The position numbers and the translations under genes are program-made. Below are positions 16,753 to 26,599 of a stretch of 59,194 nucleotides of DNA, piece after piece (position 1 is the first letter of the stretch; each line of letters starts with the position of its first letter). The DNA is taken from contig CAZVMV010000007.1 of the NCBI GenBank assembly GCA_964628855.1, positions 1 to 59,194 of the forward strand. The letters run 5' to 3'. Source of the DNA: an uncultured Gammaproteobacteria bacterium (GTDB taxonomy: Bacteria; Patescibacteriota; Patescibacteriia; UBA10025; JAHIVO01). The notes beneath the pieces are model-generated. The model made no database searches. It worked only from the letters and a program-made list of their open reading frames with translations, and had not been told where the DNA came from.

Positions 16753-17265
16753 ATGAAACGCATTCGTAGAAGCGTAAGTATTGAAGTCACTGTCAACTAT
16801 GACCGTGAAATCAGCGAATCAAACGAACATTGTGTTCGAAGGTCCCCACTTTCGGGCGAAAAGACTGTCGAAATTGAATTCATCAATTTTGGGCAAGAAG
16901 TCACCTGGTCCGAATTCGAAGAAGAATGCAGTCGTTTAAATGTACGGCCGGCAAATTTTTTCGAAAGGAAGGCGCTGCTTGAAGACTGTACTCAAAGACT
17001 AGCTTTTCATGAGAGTCTTCAATTCGGCCAACGCCATCGGATACCGCTTCAATTATTGCCGGCGAGCTTGCCGTCCCGCATCACCATTTGGTTTCTGGAA
17101 TCCTTCATCGTAAATGTAATGAAGGATGCCGATACCAATGAAGAGGTGTGGAGCGAAACCGCATTCTCGGGTCTGTATCGCAATGGTAATAACTTCGAAG
17201 AATTTTTCGACGAGCTGTGGGATGGTTTCTCTAGTGACTGCTGGTTTGCAGTAGTTGTTCGGTAG
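16753..17265 (+). CDS. Hypothetical protein, 170 aa
   Basis: AGGAGGT SD 5 nt before the ATG; acidic and aromatic-rich, ends WFAVVVR. Confidence 0.75.
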   Translation: MKRIRRSVSIEVTVNYDREISESNEHCVRRSPLSGEKTVEIEFINFGQEVTWSEFEEECSRLNVRPANFFERKALLEDCTQRLAFHESLQFGQRHRIPLQLLPASLPSRITIWFLESFIVNVMKDADTNEEVWSETAFSGLYRNGNNFEEFFDELWDGFSSDCWFAVVVR

Positions 17266-17421
17266 TCAACACACTCGGTATCCTTTTCTACCCGGATTGT
17301 TTTTCAGATGTAGTTTGCCGTTTAGTAGATTTAACGAGAATCATGAGACGTTCGTATCGGAAATCGTACTGACTATATTCAGTACGTAAGTAATATTCTC
17401 AATATTACTTTTCGCTCTTCC

Positions 17422-17460
17422 AAGACCTGCTCCCGTAACTGTTGCATAGGTCTTTTTCTT
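17422..17460 (+). terminator. Intrinsic terminator closing the 16.3-17.5 kb cassette
   Basis: AAGACCT(GC)...(GC)ATAGGTCTT followed by TTTCTTTT. Confidence 0.6.
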
Positions 17461-17521
17461 TTACGGTAATTATCGAGAATTGAGAGATAAGGGCATTTAC
17501 TGTATACTTCAAAGACATTGT

Positions 17522-18634
17522 ATGAGTATTTTTTCAGTTACAAAATATTCTAAAAAAAACAAGGCGCGTCTTGGGTTGTTGCAAACGGCGCATGGCGCGG
17601 TGGAGACGCCATTTTTCATGCCCATTGCCACGCGCGGTGCGGTGAAGACGCTAATTCCCGATGAAATACGCACAGCCGGCGCGCAGATAATATTATCCAA
17701 TACGTACCATCTATGGCAGCGGCCAGGACTTACAGTTATGAAAAAAGCCGGAGGGCTGCATCGGTTCATGGGATGGCCCGGACCGATTCTCACCGACTCC
17801 GGTGGTTATCAGGTTTTTTCATTAGCGCGGTCGAGGAAAATTTCTGAAAAGGGAGTACAATTTACTTCTGACATTGACGGTCAAAAATATCTATTGACCC
17901 CCGAGAAGGCGATTGACATTCAATATGCGCTGGGTTCAGATATTATTATGAGTCTAGACGAATGTCCGCCGTATCCGAGTACAAAAATTTATGCTAAACG
18001 CTCTTTGGAATTAACCACTCGGTGGGCGAAACGTGGTTTGAAACGGCTGGACGCTTTGAAATCGAAAAAGCAGTTATTATTCGGAATAGTCCAGGGATCG
18101 TCTTTCCGTGATTTACGTAAGCAAAGCGCAGAAGAGTTAGTCGAGCTGAATTTTGACGGTTATGCGATCGGCGGGCTGGCGGTGGGCGAGCCGACAGAAA
18201 AAATGTACCAAGCGATTGACTGGGTGGAGCCTCTGTTGCCGAAAAACAAACCCCGATATTTGATGGGCGTCGGATATCCTGAACAAATCGTCGAAGCGGT
18301 CAGGAGGGGTATTGATATGTTTGATTGCGTGTTGCCGACCCGAAATGCCAGGCACGGGTCCTTATTTGTTTTTACAAAAAATCAGTTTAGATTTACGGGA
18401 AAACAGTTTTATGAAGAATTATTAATTAAGCAGTCACGCTTCTCATCCGCGATTAAGCCAGTAGATCCAAATTGTAGTTGCTATACTTGCAAGCATTTTA
18501 CCCGAGCTTATCTGAGGCATCTGTTCATGTCCGGAGATCCTTTGTCCCAGCGATTAGCCACCATACATAATTTGAAATTTTATTTGCGATTAATGGCTTA
18601 TATTCGTGAGAACATCAAAAGGGGGAAATTGTGA
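17522..18634 (+). CDS. tgt: tRNA-guanine(34) transglycosylase
   Basis: TPFFMP.AT, SNTYHL, TDSGGYQVFSL, GGLAVGE, DMFDCVLPTRNARHG, CSCYTC..H Zn site. Confidence 0.97.
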   Translation: MSIFSVTKYSKKNKARLGLLQTAHGAVETPFFMPIATRGAVKTLIPDEIRTAGAQIILSNTYHLWQRPGLTVMKKAGGLHRFMGWPGPILTDSGGYQVFSLARSRKISEKGVQFTSDIDGQKYLLTPEKAIDIQYALGSDIIMSLDECPPYPSTKIYAKRSLELTTRWAKRGLKRLDALKSKKQLLFGIVQGSSFRDLRKQSAEELVELNFDGYAIGGLAVGEPTEKMYQAIDWVEPLLPKNKPRYLMGVGYPEQIVEAVRRGIDMFDCVLPTRNARHGSLFVFTKNQFRFTGKQFYEELLIKQSRFSSAIKPVDPNCSCYTCKHFTRAYLRHLFMSGDPLSQRLATIHNLKFYLRLMAYIRENIKRGKL

Positions 18635-18690
18635 GCCTTGTGCCCCCAGCGATATTCGTGTAGAATATATCCACAACTAAAAATAATTTT

Positions 18691-19410
18691 ATGGATATTC
18701 AAAATAACCAACCGATGACCAAGACCCAGCGGCGCGAGCTTCGTCGCCAGGAAATTATGGCCAGACGCGGCGGACAAGAGACTAAGTCAAAAATGACGAT
18801 TTGGGTAGTTAGTATTTCGATAATTTTGGTAATCGGCGGACTTATTGCCTGGGCAATATTTGGCGGCGGCCCATCGACGCCAATTACCGGCGCTAGCGAT
18901 GCGCCAGTTCTGGGTAGCGCAACTGCCAAAGTGGTTGTGATGGAATTTTCCGATCTTTCATGTCCGGCATGCGCCACGGCGGCGCCAATAGTAAGGCAAT
19001 TAGCTGATTTTTACAAAGAAAAGATAAAGATTGAGTTCAGGAGTTTTGATATCGGGCACCAGTGGTCAGGGAAGTCGCTGGAAGCGGGTCGTTGCGCCCA
19101 AGCCCAGGGAAAATTTTGGGAATTTTCTGATAAGGCCTTCGCCAGCCAGGGGGACTGGGAGACTGCCGACAATGCTATTGACCTGTTCAAATCTTATGCA
19201 AAGGATGCAGGCGTAAATGCAGACCAGTTTAATTCCTGTCTGGATTCTGGACAGATGGCCTCTGCCATCCAGGACGACATGAAGCTCGGGCGTAACAAAG
19301 GTGTAAATTCCACCCCAACTTTTTTTATCAATGACCAGAAATTTGTCGGAGTGCAGACCCTGGATGAGTTCAAGAAAAACATAGACGCAGAGATCGCAAA
19401 AACAAATTAA
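18691..19410 (+). CDS. Membrane-anchored DsbA-family thioredoxin-fold oxidoreductase
   Basis: N-terminal TM, EFSDLSCPAC active site, GVNSTPTFFIN cis-Pro loop. Confidence 0.9.
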   Translation: MDIQNNQPMTKTQRRELRRQEIMARRGGQETKSKMTIWVVSISIILVIGGLIAWAIFGGGPSTPITGASDAPVLGSATAKVVVMEFSDLSCPACATAAPIVRQLADFYKEKIKIEFRSFDIGHQWSGKSLEAGRCAQAQGKFWEFSDKAFASQGDWETADNAIDLFKSYAKDAGVNADQFNSCLDSGQMASAIQDDMKLGRNKGVNSTPTFFINDQKFVGVQTLDEFKKNIDAEIAKTN

Positions 19411-19420
19411 TAGAAATATC

Positions 19421-19897
19421 ATGGTAAGAGTAAAAAAAGCCGCCCTCAAGGATAGCGGGCTGGTATCTAGTCTACTCAAACAAAAATATAATTTTCGCAC
19501 TTTGGCTGACGCCGAGCGTGCATTCAAGAAGGAAATCCGTCAGCATCATCATGTCCGTGTTGCCTGGCTTGAAGATCATCCTGTGGGACTGATCAGCTGG
19601 CGAGCGCAAGGCGACGTACATCACGGGGTGGCAGAGTTGGTACGACTGGCTGTCCTGTCATCCGTCCCTGATCCGAGGGAGATAAAAGAGTCGTTGTTTG
19701 ATGTCATGTTGGCGGAAGCTGAAAGTTATTATCATGAACATGGTAGCAGGTTGCGCAAGGTTTTTTCGATGATTCATGCCGATAACCGCCATATCAGGGA
19801 TTTTTTCCAGGACAAGGGTATGCGGCAGGAGGCTGTTCTGAAAAATCATTTTTACCCCGGCCGTGATGAATTGGTTTTTTCTCTTTTTTTAGCGTAA
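19421..19897 (+). CDS. GNAT-fold protein, degenerate acetyl-CoA motif
   Basis: VAWLEDHPVGLISW..VAELVRLAV..DN....FFQDKGMRQEAVLKNHFYPGRDELV; no R/QxxGxG motif. Confidence 0.7.
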   Translation: MVRVKKAALKDSGLVSSLLKQKYNFRTLADAERAFKKEIRQHHHVRVAWLEDHPVGLISWRAQGDVHHGVAELVRLAVLSSVPDPREIKESLFDVMLAEAESYYHEHGSRLRKVFSMIHADNRHIRDFFQDKGMRQEAVLKNHFYPGRDELVFSLFLA

Positions 19898-20007
19898 ATT
19901 ATCGATAAAGACTTGTAGCCTATCAGGATACTGGTGGGAATTTTTTGCAGTGGACGAAAAATGATTTTTTTGGTAAGGTGGTACTATAATTACTCATCTT
20001 CTCAATC

Positions 20008-20952
20008 ATGAAACTAATCGTTTCTATACCAGCTTATAACGAAGAAAAGTCCATAGCCAATGTCATCCAAGGCATCCCATCTTCTCTGACTGGAGTTACA
20101 GAAATGAGAATTGTCGTTTTTGACGATGGATCGAAAGATCATACGGCGGAAATGGCGCGATCGGCCGGCGCTGAGGTAGTGAGCCGAAAAGAAAACCGGG
20201 GGTTGAGTCACACATTTCAAGACATTGTGCATGAAGCACTTAGACGCCAGGCTGATGTTTTGGTTAATATTGATGCTGATGGGCAGTTTAATCCAAATGA
20301 TATTTTTAAGTTAATCCAGCCGATCATGGAACAGAAAGCTGACGTTGTTACGGCCTCCCGTTTCATAGATGAAAGGTTGGTGCCGGCCATGCCTGCAATG
20401 AAGCGTTGGGGAAATGCCACCGTGGCCAGGCTAATTAGTTTCCTGACTGGCCAGAAATTTTATGATGTTTCTTGCGGTTACCGGGCATATTCGCGTGAGG
20501 CCCTTTTAAATTTGAATTTATTTAGTAAATATACTTATACCCATGAAACATTCCTGAACATCGCTTTTAAGGGCTTGCGAATCTGGGAGGTGCCAGTAGT
20601 GGTGCGCGGCGAGAGGGAATTCGGAAAATCAAAAGTAGCCCATAACCTGTGGCGATATGGCTATAATATGGTAAATACAATCTTCCGAACCATGCTGGAT
20701 TATAAGCCTTTGAAGTTTTTCGGGTGGGGGGGCAGCCTAGTTTTCTTGTTAGGTATAGCGTTTGATCTGTTTGTACTCATTCACTGGATTGCCAGGGGCG
20801 AGATAACGCCTTATAAGAGTTTCGGATTTGGCGGCCTCGCTTTGAACATTTTTGGATTATTGCTCCTCATAGTAGGTTTACTGGCTGACATGATAAATCG
20901 GGTGCGGTTAAGCCAAGAGAGAATCCTATACCTAATAAAAAAACAGCGTTGA
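20008..20952 (+). CDS. Glycosyltransferase family 2 (polyprenol-phosphate glycosyltransferase-like) with two C-terminal TMs
   Basis: IPAYNEEKSI, VVFDDGSKD, NIDADGQF, DVSCGYRAYSRE. Confidence 0.92.
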   Translation: MKLIVSIPAYNEEKSIANVIQGIPSSLTGVTEMRIVVFDDGSKDHTAEMARSAGAEVVSRKENRGLSHTFQDIVHEALRRQADVLVNIDADGQFNPNDIFKLIQPIMEQKADVVTASRFIDERLVPAMPAMKRWGNATVARLISFLTGQKFYDVSCGYRAYSREALLNLNLFSKYTYTHETFLNIAFKGLRIWEVPVVVRGEREFGKSKVAHNLWRYGYNMVNTIFRTMLDYKPLKFFGWGGSLVFLLGIAFDLFVLIHWIARGEITPYKSFGFGGLALNIFGLLLLIVGLLADMINRVRLSQERILYLIKKQR

Positions 20953-20987
20953 AGAGCGGGATTGTTTAACTGTTGTGAGATTTTCAC

Positions 20988-22082
20988 ATGATATATTTTG
21001 TCATTGGCACTAAAGCCCAAATAATCAAGATGGCCCCAGTCATTATGGCCGTAAAAACGGCTCGTTTTGGTTTTCGGGTAATATTTACTGGCCAACATAA
21101 AGAAACCGTGGATGAACTGATGGGGGATTTTGGTCTACCAAGCCCGGATTTTACATTATATGATGGACCTGATATCACGCGTACAGCTCAGATCGTGCCG
21201 TGGATGTTGAAAGTGATGTGGACCTTCTTTCGAATGAGAAAGCGCATCCTAGTAAAAAACGAACGCAATATTTTTTTAGTCCATGGTGATACAATCTCGA
21301 CGGTTTTGGGCGCAATCATGGGAAGATTGACCAGACAGACTGTCGGGCACCTAGAGTCTGGCTTGCGATCATTCAGGCTGTTCGATCCTTTTCCTGAGGA
21401 GTTGCAGCGGCTAGCAACCTTTGCACTGTCGCAGGTTTATTTTTGTCCTGGGCAATGGGCGCTCAATAATCTGAAAAAATATTCCGGTGAAAAAATTGAT
21501 ATCCGATACAACACCCTGATTGATTCTTTGCGTTTAGCAATGATGCGGGAAGACCTTAAAGCGCCGGACTTCCCCCAAAAGCCATTTTGCCTTGTTTCTA
21601 TCCACCGGTATGAAAATATCTCTCGCCGAAATTCTTTATTAAAAGTAATCAAACTGGTGGAAAAGATTGCTAATAGTTTCTTGGTTGTTTTTGTCCTGCA
21701 CCCTCCGACGATTGTCCATCTGAAAAAGTTTGGCTTATTGTCACGTCTAGAAAATAATCATAATATCGAGCTTCGGCCGAGATATTCTTATGTTCGTTTC
21801 ATTAAATTACTTGCCCAAAGTGAGTTTATTGTCACTGATGGGGGCAGTAACCAAGAAGAGTGTTCCTACCTCGGCCACCCATGTTTATTGATGCGGGCTG
21901 TTACCGAGCGGGTCGAAGGATTGAATAAGAACGTTGTGGTCTCCGATTTCCAATTGGGTACAGTTGATAGTTTTATTGCGCATTATTCTGATTATCGCCG
22001 CCCTGCTGTACAGGCTGCTGTATCTCCCAGTGAATTGGTATTGGAATATCTACGGAATAATAACTATACGCACCCGACATGA
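20988..22082 (+). CDS. UDP-N-acetylglucosamine 2-epimerase family (WecB/MnaA)
   Basis: GTKAQIIKMAPV, TGQH, VHGDT, HLESGLRS..PFPEE, HRYEN, TDGGSNQEE. Confidence 0.88.
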   Translation: MIYFVIGTKAQIIKMAPVIMAVKTARFGFRVIFTGQHKETVDELMGDFGLPSPDFTLYDGPDITRTAQIVPWMLKVMWTFFRMRKRILVKNERNIFLVHGDTISTVLGAIMGRLTRQTVGHLESGLRSFRLFDPFPEELQRLATFALSQVYFCPGQWALNNLKKYSGEKIDIRYNTLIDSLRLAMMREDLKAPDFPQKPFCLVSIHRYENISRRNSLLKVIKLVEKIANSFLVVFVLHPPTIVHLKKFGLLSRLENNHNIELRPRYSYVRFIKLLAQSEFIVTDGGSNQEECSYLGHPCLLMRAVTERVEGLNKNVVVSDFQLGTVDSFIAHYSDYRRPAVQAAVSPSELVLEYLRNNNYTHPT

Positions 22083-23245
22083 GTAGTCATATAAAAATCT
22101 GCGTCATCGGTGCACATGGTACGCCCAATATTGGCGACCAGTCGATATTGGTTGGTTTGTTGAGTATATTGGGTGTGGGGAAAAAACCAAAAACCATAAA
22201 TGTCATATCTCGCCACCCTCGAGTAATAAGTCACATAATAGATGGCGCTGCTTCAGTGCCAGCTTCTTCTTTGTTTTACTTAAGGACTTTTATTGCTGTT
22301 GTAACTTGCGACGTATTTATACTCGGAGGTGGCGGAATAATACAGGATCAGACAAGCATAGCTAACCTATTGTATTATTCCTTTTATACTTTATTAGCAT
22401 CGGCCTTGAATAAAAAAATCATGGCAATTGGTATTGGGGTCGGGCCGTTCAGTCATGCCATGAGCCGTTGGATTGTCCGTTTTATGTTTTTTAGGATTAA
22501 AAAAATTTATGTGCGGGATAATTATTCCCAGGCGGAATTGAAGTCTATAGTTGGCGAGTCGAGGCAAGTCAATATTTCACCGGATTTAGCGTTTCTGGCG
22601 AAACCCGATGAAGATGCTCAACTTCATATCACGAAGCCACAAGAAAAAAATCGATTTAGACTCGGGATAAACCTGAGGCCCTGGCTATTCAAAACCGGCG
22701 GCTTAATGCCCGTGTCCGGGAAAATACATAACCAGAGCTGGGAAAAAAGTTTTTCCGAGCTGATGGGCGAATTATCCGCTCAGCTTATAGGTTTCGGAAG
22801 GGAACATCCAACCACCCTGGTATTTTTACCTTTTGAGCCTGTCCAAGATAACCTGGCATTTTCAATACTATCGCGTAATTTACCGGAAGGCGTTTTTACT
22901 GTTGAACGTCCTGAATGCAAGAATCCCTCCGAAATGTTTAAGCTTTATGGAACTCTGGATGCGTGTGTCGGCATGAGATTCCATTGCTTGATTTTTTCTA
23001 TAATTTCACACAAACCTTTCATCGCACTAAATTATAATGCTAAGGTAAAGGCTCTGGTCCATGAGGTGGATATGGAGAATTTTTCTTTCACTTTGGACAA
23101 ATCGTCCTTGTCACACGTCGGCGATTCATTGCGCATGATTTACAGTGAATACAGGGACTTGCAACAGCGCCTTCTTGGGTATAGCCAACAATACCGATCC
23201 AGGCTTCTTGAAATTGGGTCTGATTTGGATAATGAATTAAAATAG
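22079..23245 (+). CDS. Polysaccharide pyruvyl transferase (CsaB-like)
   Basis: GAHGTPNIGDQSIL, GGGGIIQD.TS, GIGVGP, YVRD..S, PDLAF, GMRFHCLIFS. Confidence 0.88.
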   Translation: MSSHIKICVIGAHGTPNIGDQSILVGLLSILGVGKKPKTINVISRHPRVISHIIDGAASVPASSLFYLRTFIAVVTCDVFILGGGGIIQDQTSIANLLYYSFYTLLASALNKKIMAIGIGVGPFSHAMSRWIVRFMFFRIKKIYVRDNYSQAELKSIVGESRQVNISPDLAFLAKPDEDAQLHITKPQEKNRFRLGINLRPWLFKTGGLMPVSGKIHNQSWEKSFSELMGELSAQLIGFGREHPTTLVFLPFEPVQDNLAFSILSRNLPEGVFTVERPECKNPSEMFKLYGTLDACVGMRFHCLIFSIISHKPFIALNYNAKVKALVHEVDMENFSFTLDKSSLSHVGDSLRMIYSEYRDLQQRLLGYSQQYRSRLLEIGSDLDNELK

Positions 23246-23246
23246 T

Positions 23247-24194
23247 ATGAGGAAAAAAGCACTTGCCCAATATTTATTCCTGATAATCACCATTGTTTTC
23301 GTCATATATCTATTTAGGGGCAATTCCGATAAGCTTAAGAAGCTATTGGAAATATCCATTCCTAATTTGTTGTTGATCAGCCTGTTGGCGATCATCACCT
23401 TTGTCGGCAACGGAATAAAAAATGTGCTTTTACTCATACCATTCAAGGTACGGCTTAAGTTCACGGAATGGTTTGGTCTGTCGGTCATTAACAGTTTTTG
23501 GAATTACCTGCCATTTCAGGGCGGCCTTGTCGCCAAAGGTTTATACCTGAAACGCCAGCATAATTTCGCCTATACAGAATATGCCTCGACGGTAAGCGCC
23601 AGTTATTTGATCACTTTCTTTACTTTTGGCCTTGTCGGCTGTATCGGATTGGCGCTGGCGTTTTTCGCGAACCATGCTTTTGCACTTATGCCAGTATTGA
23701 TTTATGGCTTGCTGGTAATATCGCCACTTATCGGGGTATTGATTATTTACAGAGGCGCATCCTGGAATGTGAAGTTTCCGAGACTGGCCCGCTTTTTTAC
23801 TGGCGCTCGAATAATTTTTAAGGATAAAAAAACGGTTGCTAAGCTCATTCTACTGGATGTCGGCATGTTGGCTTTGTTTGTTGTACGGTTAGCTGCTTGT
23901 TTCTGGGCAACTGGACTACACGTGGATTTTTATTTCATCTTGCTCGTGACACCTATTGCCCTTTTGTCGATATTCGTCACCATCACTCCGGGCGGATTGG
24001 TTGTTCGTGAAGCGCTGATCGGCTTATTTGCCTTCTGGTACAGTCTGAATGTCAGTGATATCGTAGTCGCATCGTTATTGGACAGGGCAGTGCTGATGGT
24101 TTGGGTTTTTGTACTTGGGATAATATTCAATTATTACCTGTCGAAAAAAACTATCCTAGATCAGCCGAAAACTTCACAGTCGCTTCCTGTGTAG
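23247..24194 (+). CDS. Lysylphosphatidylglycerol synthase TM-region / UPF0104 flippase-like membrane protein
   Basis: About 8 TMs, NYLPFQGG, ITPGGLVVREA, LLDRAV. Confidence 0.8.
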   Translation: MRKKALAQYLFLIITIVFVIYLFRGNSDKLKKLLEISIPNLLLISLLAIITFVGNGIKNVLLLIPFKVRLKFTEWFGLSVINSFWNYLPFQGGLVAKGLYLKRQHNFAYTEYASTVSASYLITFFTFGLVGCIGLALAFFANHAFALMPVLIYGLLVISPLIGVLIIYRGASWNVKFPRLARFFTGARIIFKDKKTVAKLILLDVGMLALFVVRLAACFWATGLHVDFYFILLVTPIALLSIFVTITPGGLVVREALIGLFAFWYSLNVSDIVVASLLDRAVLMVWVFVLGIIFNYYLSKKTILDQPKTSQSLPV

Positions 24195-24274
24195 GAGTTA
24201 TTCATGGTTTCTCTTTAGTATTTAGAGAAAATAAACATGCCAGGCGCGGTATACCTGCCGGCTTTTTATTAGTA

Positions 24275-24970
24275 TCATATTTCAGGATTATCTTTTCGAA
24301 AAAATGCGGCTAAACACAAAACGATGCAGAGTGCGTTGATCAATAGCGTGGAGGCGATGAGTACTTGCCAGGTACCGGCATGGTTGAAGATGCCCGGTTT
24401 CGCATATGTCAGCCGCCGCATTAGCACTTGCCAGGCGTTTGAAGTTGAATATTGCCAATCAAGCACGAGCCGATGAGCGTCGTCTGTTTGTCCATTCAGG
24501 GTCAGCCTACCACCGTCATATCGATCTGGCCCGATGGTGTGGAACGAAAGTACATGCTCGCCGGTTGTTCCTTGTATCTGGTATATATAAGTTTTATGCG
24601 CCGAATCGGCGATAGGTTCAAAAACCCACTCCAATACCGTAGCAGATCCGGTGATGCGGGTAGAAATTTTATCACTGCGAAGCGGAGATTGTAATTCAGA
24701 ATCAAAGATTGAAACCGTGAGGTTGATCGGGTTTTGATTTTTAATATATAGGATAGTTTTCCCTAAATTATTTTGACTAGCCTTGATTTCCTGACGGAAT
24801 ATGAATTGTTGATTGGCGGCGATATTAATAAATTCCGGATCGCGGAAATAGATAACGCTGGCGCCTTCCTGGTCAATGTATTGAGTATTTGAATACTGCT
24901 TGGCGATGAGCGCTATGCCGGCACCTGTCAGGATAAATGATATGGCGCAAAATAGTAATATTTTTTTCAT
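24275..24970 (-). CDS. Hypothetical exported protein with N- and C-terminal hydrophobic segments
   Basis: Start moved to MKKILLFC at 24970 (ATGA overlap with the upstream gene's stop). Confidence 0.7.
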   Translation of the reverse strand: MKKILLFCAISFILTGAGIALIAKQYSNTQYIDQEGASVIYFRDPEFINIAANQQFIFRQEIKASQNNLGKTILYIKNQNPINLTVSIFDSELQSPLRSDKISTRITGSATVLEWVFEPIADSAHKTYIYQIQGTTGEHVLSFHTIGPDRYDGGRLTLNGQTDDAHRLVLDWQYSTSNAWQVLMRRLTYAKPGIFNHAGTWQVLIASTLLINALCIVLCLAAFFRKDNPEI

Positions 24971-26508
24971 AAATATAATTTTGGCCACATAGTTATAGCC
25001 AAAGCCAAAGCATTGGCGGTGAAGCCGTAAAGAACAAAAACTACATACCCGAATTTTTTCCATTTATATGGTAACATGCCGGTCAGACCGATCACCCAAG
25101 CGAGACAAAGTGGGAGGAGTACCGGAACGTAATATCGACCATCAATAGGGAAGCGCGCCTGACCATCCCGAAATAAGCGCTTGGTAAACAAGTAAAGGTA
25201 AAAGACTTCAAGCAATGCGACAGCAACAAGAAAAAGTAAGAATATGGCCCGTTGTTCCTGGCTGAGCGATTTTTTTCTAACAGCTATCAAGACGATTAAG
25301 CTGACTGCCGCTAGGATCCACAGTCCAGTCCCAGTAATAAAAAACCACATTGGCAGCATCATTTCTGTAGCAAAGCCAAAAGCAAAATTGAAGCTGGCAA
25401 AGGCATACATCCAGCGTTGGATGTAGAGACTGATGGCAAGTCGAGCAGTAACAATCGGTTGGTCGGCAGCTGTTACGGTCGCATGAGAACTGATGATGCC
25501 GTTGTGGTTCACGATTGCCCAAATATACCACCAGCCGGCGATGAGGATCGTGACCAATACACATACGGCAATGTAAATAATTGCAGTTTTAATTTTTACA
25601 TCCTTTTTGTAAAACAGGTGATAAAGTATGGGGATAATTATTAAAAATGGCACTACGATGAACTGGGGCTTGGTCAACATCCCCAAGCCGAAAACAATAC
25701 CCAGATAAATTATTTGACGCATCTCCAGCCGTTCGATTAGTTTGACTAAGTAATACAGAGACAGCGTGGTCAGGACAAAAAGGAGGGCGTCATTATTTAT
25801 CCCGGCCGACAAATGGCTAAAGACTGGCAACAGTCCGATGGTCAGAAGGACAGTAAGGCTCAAATTGAAATTTTTCGTTAATCGACGGGTGACGATGAAG
25901 CAGAGCCAATATCCCAACAAAAACAAGAATGAGGAGAATGCCCGCATGGCGTATTGGCGTATCAGGATGTCCTGGTTATAAAAGATGGCATAGGGGATGG
26001 ATTCCAGGACGTAATACAATGGCGGATAGATTGCGGCCGAATTCTGATAACTGTCTTTTGACGGCAGTTTGTAGTATATGTCAGTAAGTCCCGATGGGGC
26101 ATCGGACCTCACCAGTGGTTGACGAGGCAGATTTCGATATTGCTGGGCTAAGGTGTCATAGCGAAAAAAAGTTTCATTGAAACGCTGGTGGATCATCCGA
26201 AGTTCCTTGTTGTGTGCATTCATTAGCCGAGTGACGTCCGTAGCAATTTCTGAGGCGGCATATTCATGTGAGTATGACAGTGTCTTCGCCTCGAACGTTC
26301 CGGACTGGTTGGGCAATTTTTTTTCCTCGACTAGGAATTGGGTATACGAGAAATGCGCCGGCTCGTCATGGCCCTGCCAAGCGGGGACAGAAAACACGAA
26401 AAGCAATTGTTTTACCGCCAGGAAAACAAAAACAACTACTAGAGTAATTGTTTGGAATTTTTTTTTATCCGGCGGATTGTGCATTGACGGTTGATTTATT
26501 AAGTCCAT
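24967..26508 (-). CDS. GT-C-type integral membrane glycosyltransferase (DUF2142 / PMT-ArnT-like)
   Basis: PAWQGHDEPAHF.Y, YPPLYY, INNDAL..LT, GLGMLTKP; many TMs. Confidence 0.8.
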   Translation of the reverse strand: MDLINQPSMHNPPDKKKFQTITLVVVFVFLAVKQLLFVFSVPAWQGHDEPAHFSYTQFLVEEKKLPNQSGTFEAKTLSYSHEYAASEIATDVTRLMNAHNKELRMIHQRFNETFFRYDTLAQQYRNLPRQPLVRSDAPSGLTDIYYKLPSKDSYQNSAAIYPPLYYVLESIPYAIFYNQDILIRQYAMRAFSSFLFLLGYWLCFIVTRRLTKNFNLSLTVLLTIGLLPVFSHLSAGINNDALLFVLTTLSLYYLVKLIERLEMRQIIYLGIVFGLGMLTKPQFIVVPFLIIIPILYHLFYKKDVKIKTAIIYIAVCVLVTILIAGWWYIWAIVNHNGIISSHATVTAADQPIVTARLAISLYIQRWMYAFASFNFAFGFATEMMLPMWFFITGTGLWILAAVSLIVLIAVRKKSLSQEQRAIFLLFLVAVALLEVFYLYLFTKRLFRDGQARFPIDGRYYVPVLLPLCLAWVIGLTGMLPYKWKKFGYVVFVLYGFTANALALAITMWPKLYL

Positions 26509-26599
26509 TATAACCTTTTTTCGCAGTTTGTTCTAATTGTTAAGCTTTACAAAACCAAAAAAATATGTTACAATTAAGACATAATATCAAAATAAAATT

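Noticed and set aside
17422-17445. Cobalamin-riboswitch-like words AGACCTGC and CCCGTAACTGT
   Set aside because: They are in reverse order relative to the riboswitch and adjacent, with no room for the aptamer; the stretch is explained as a terminator.
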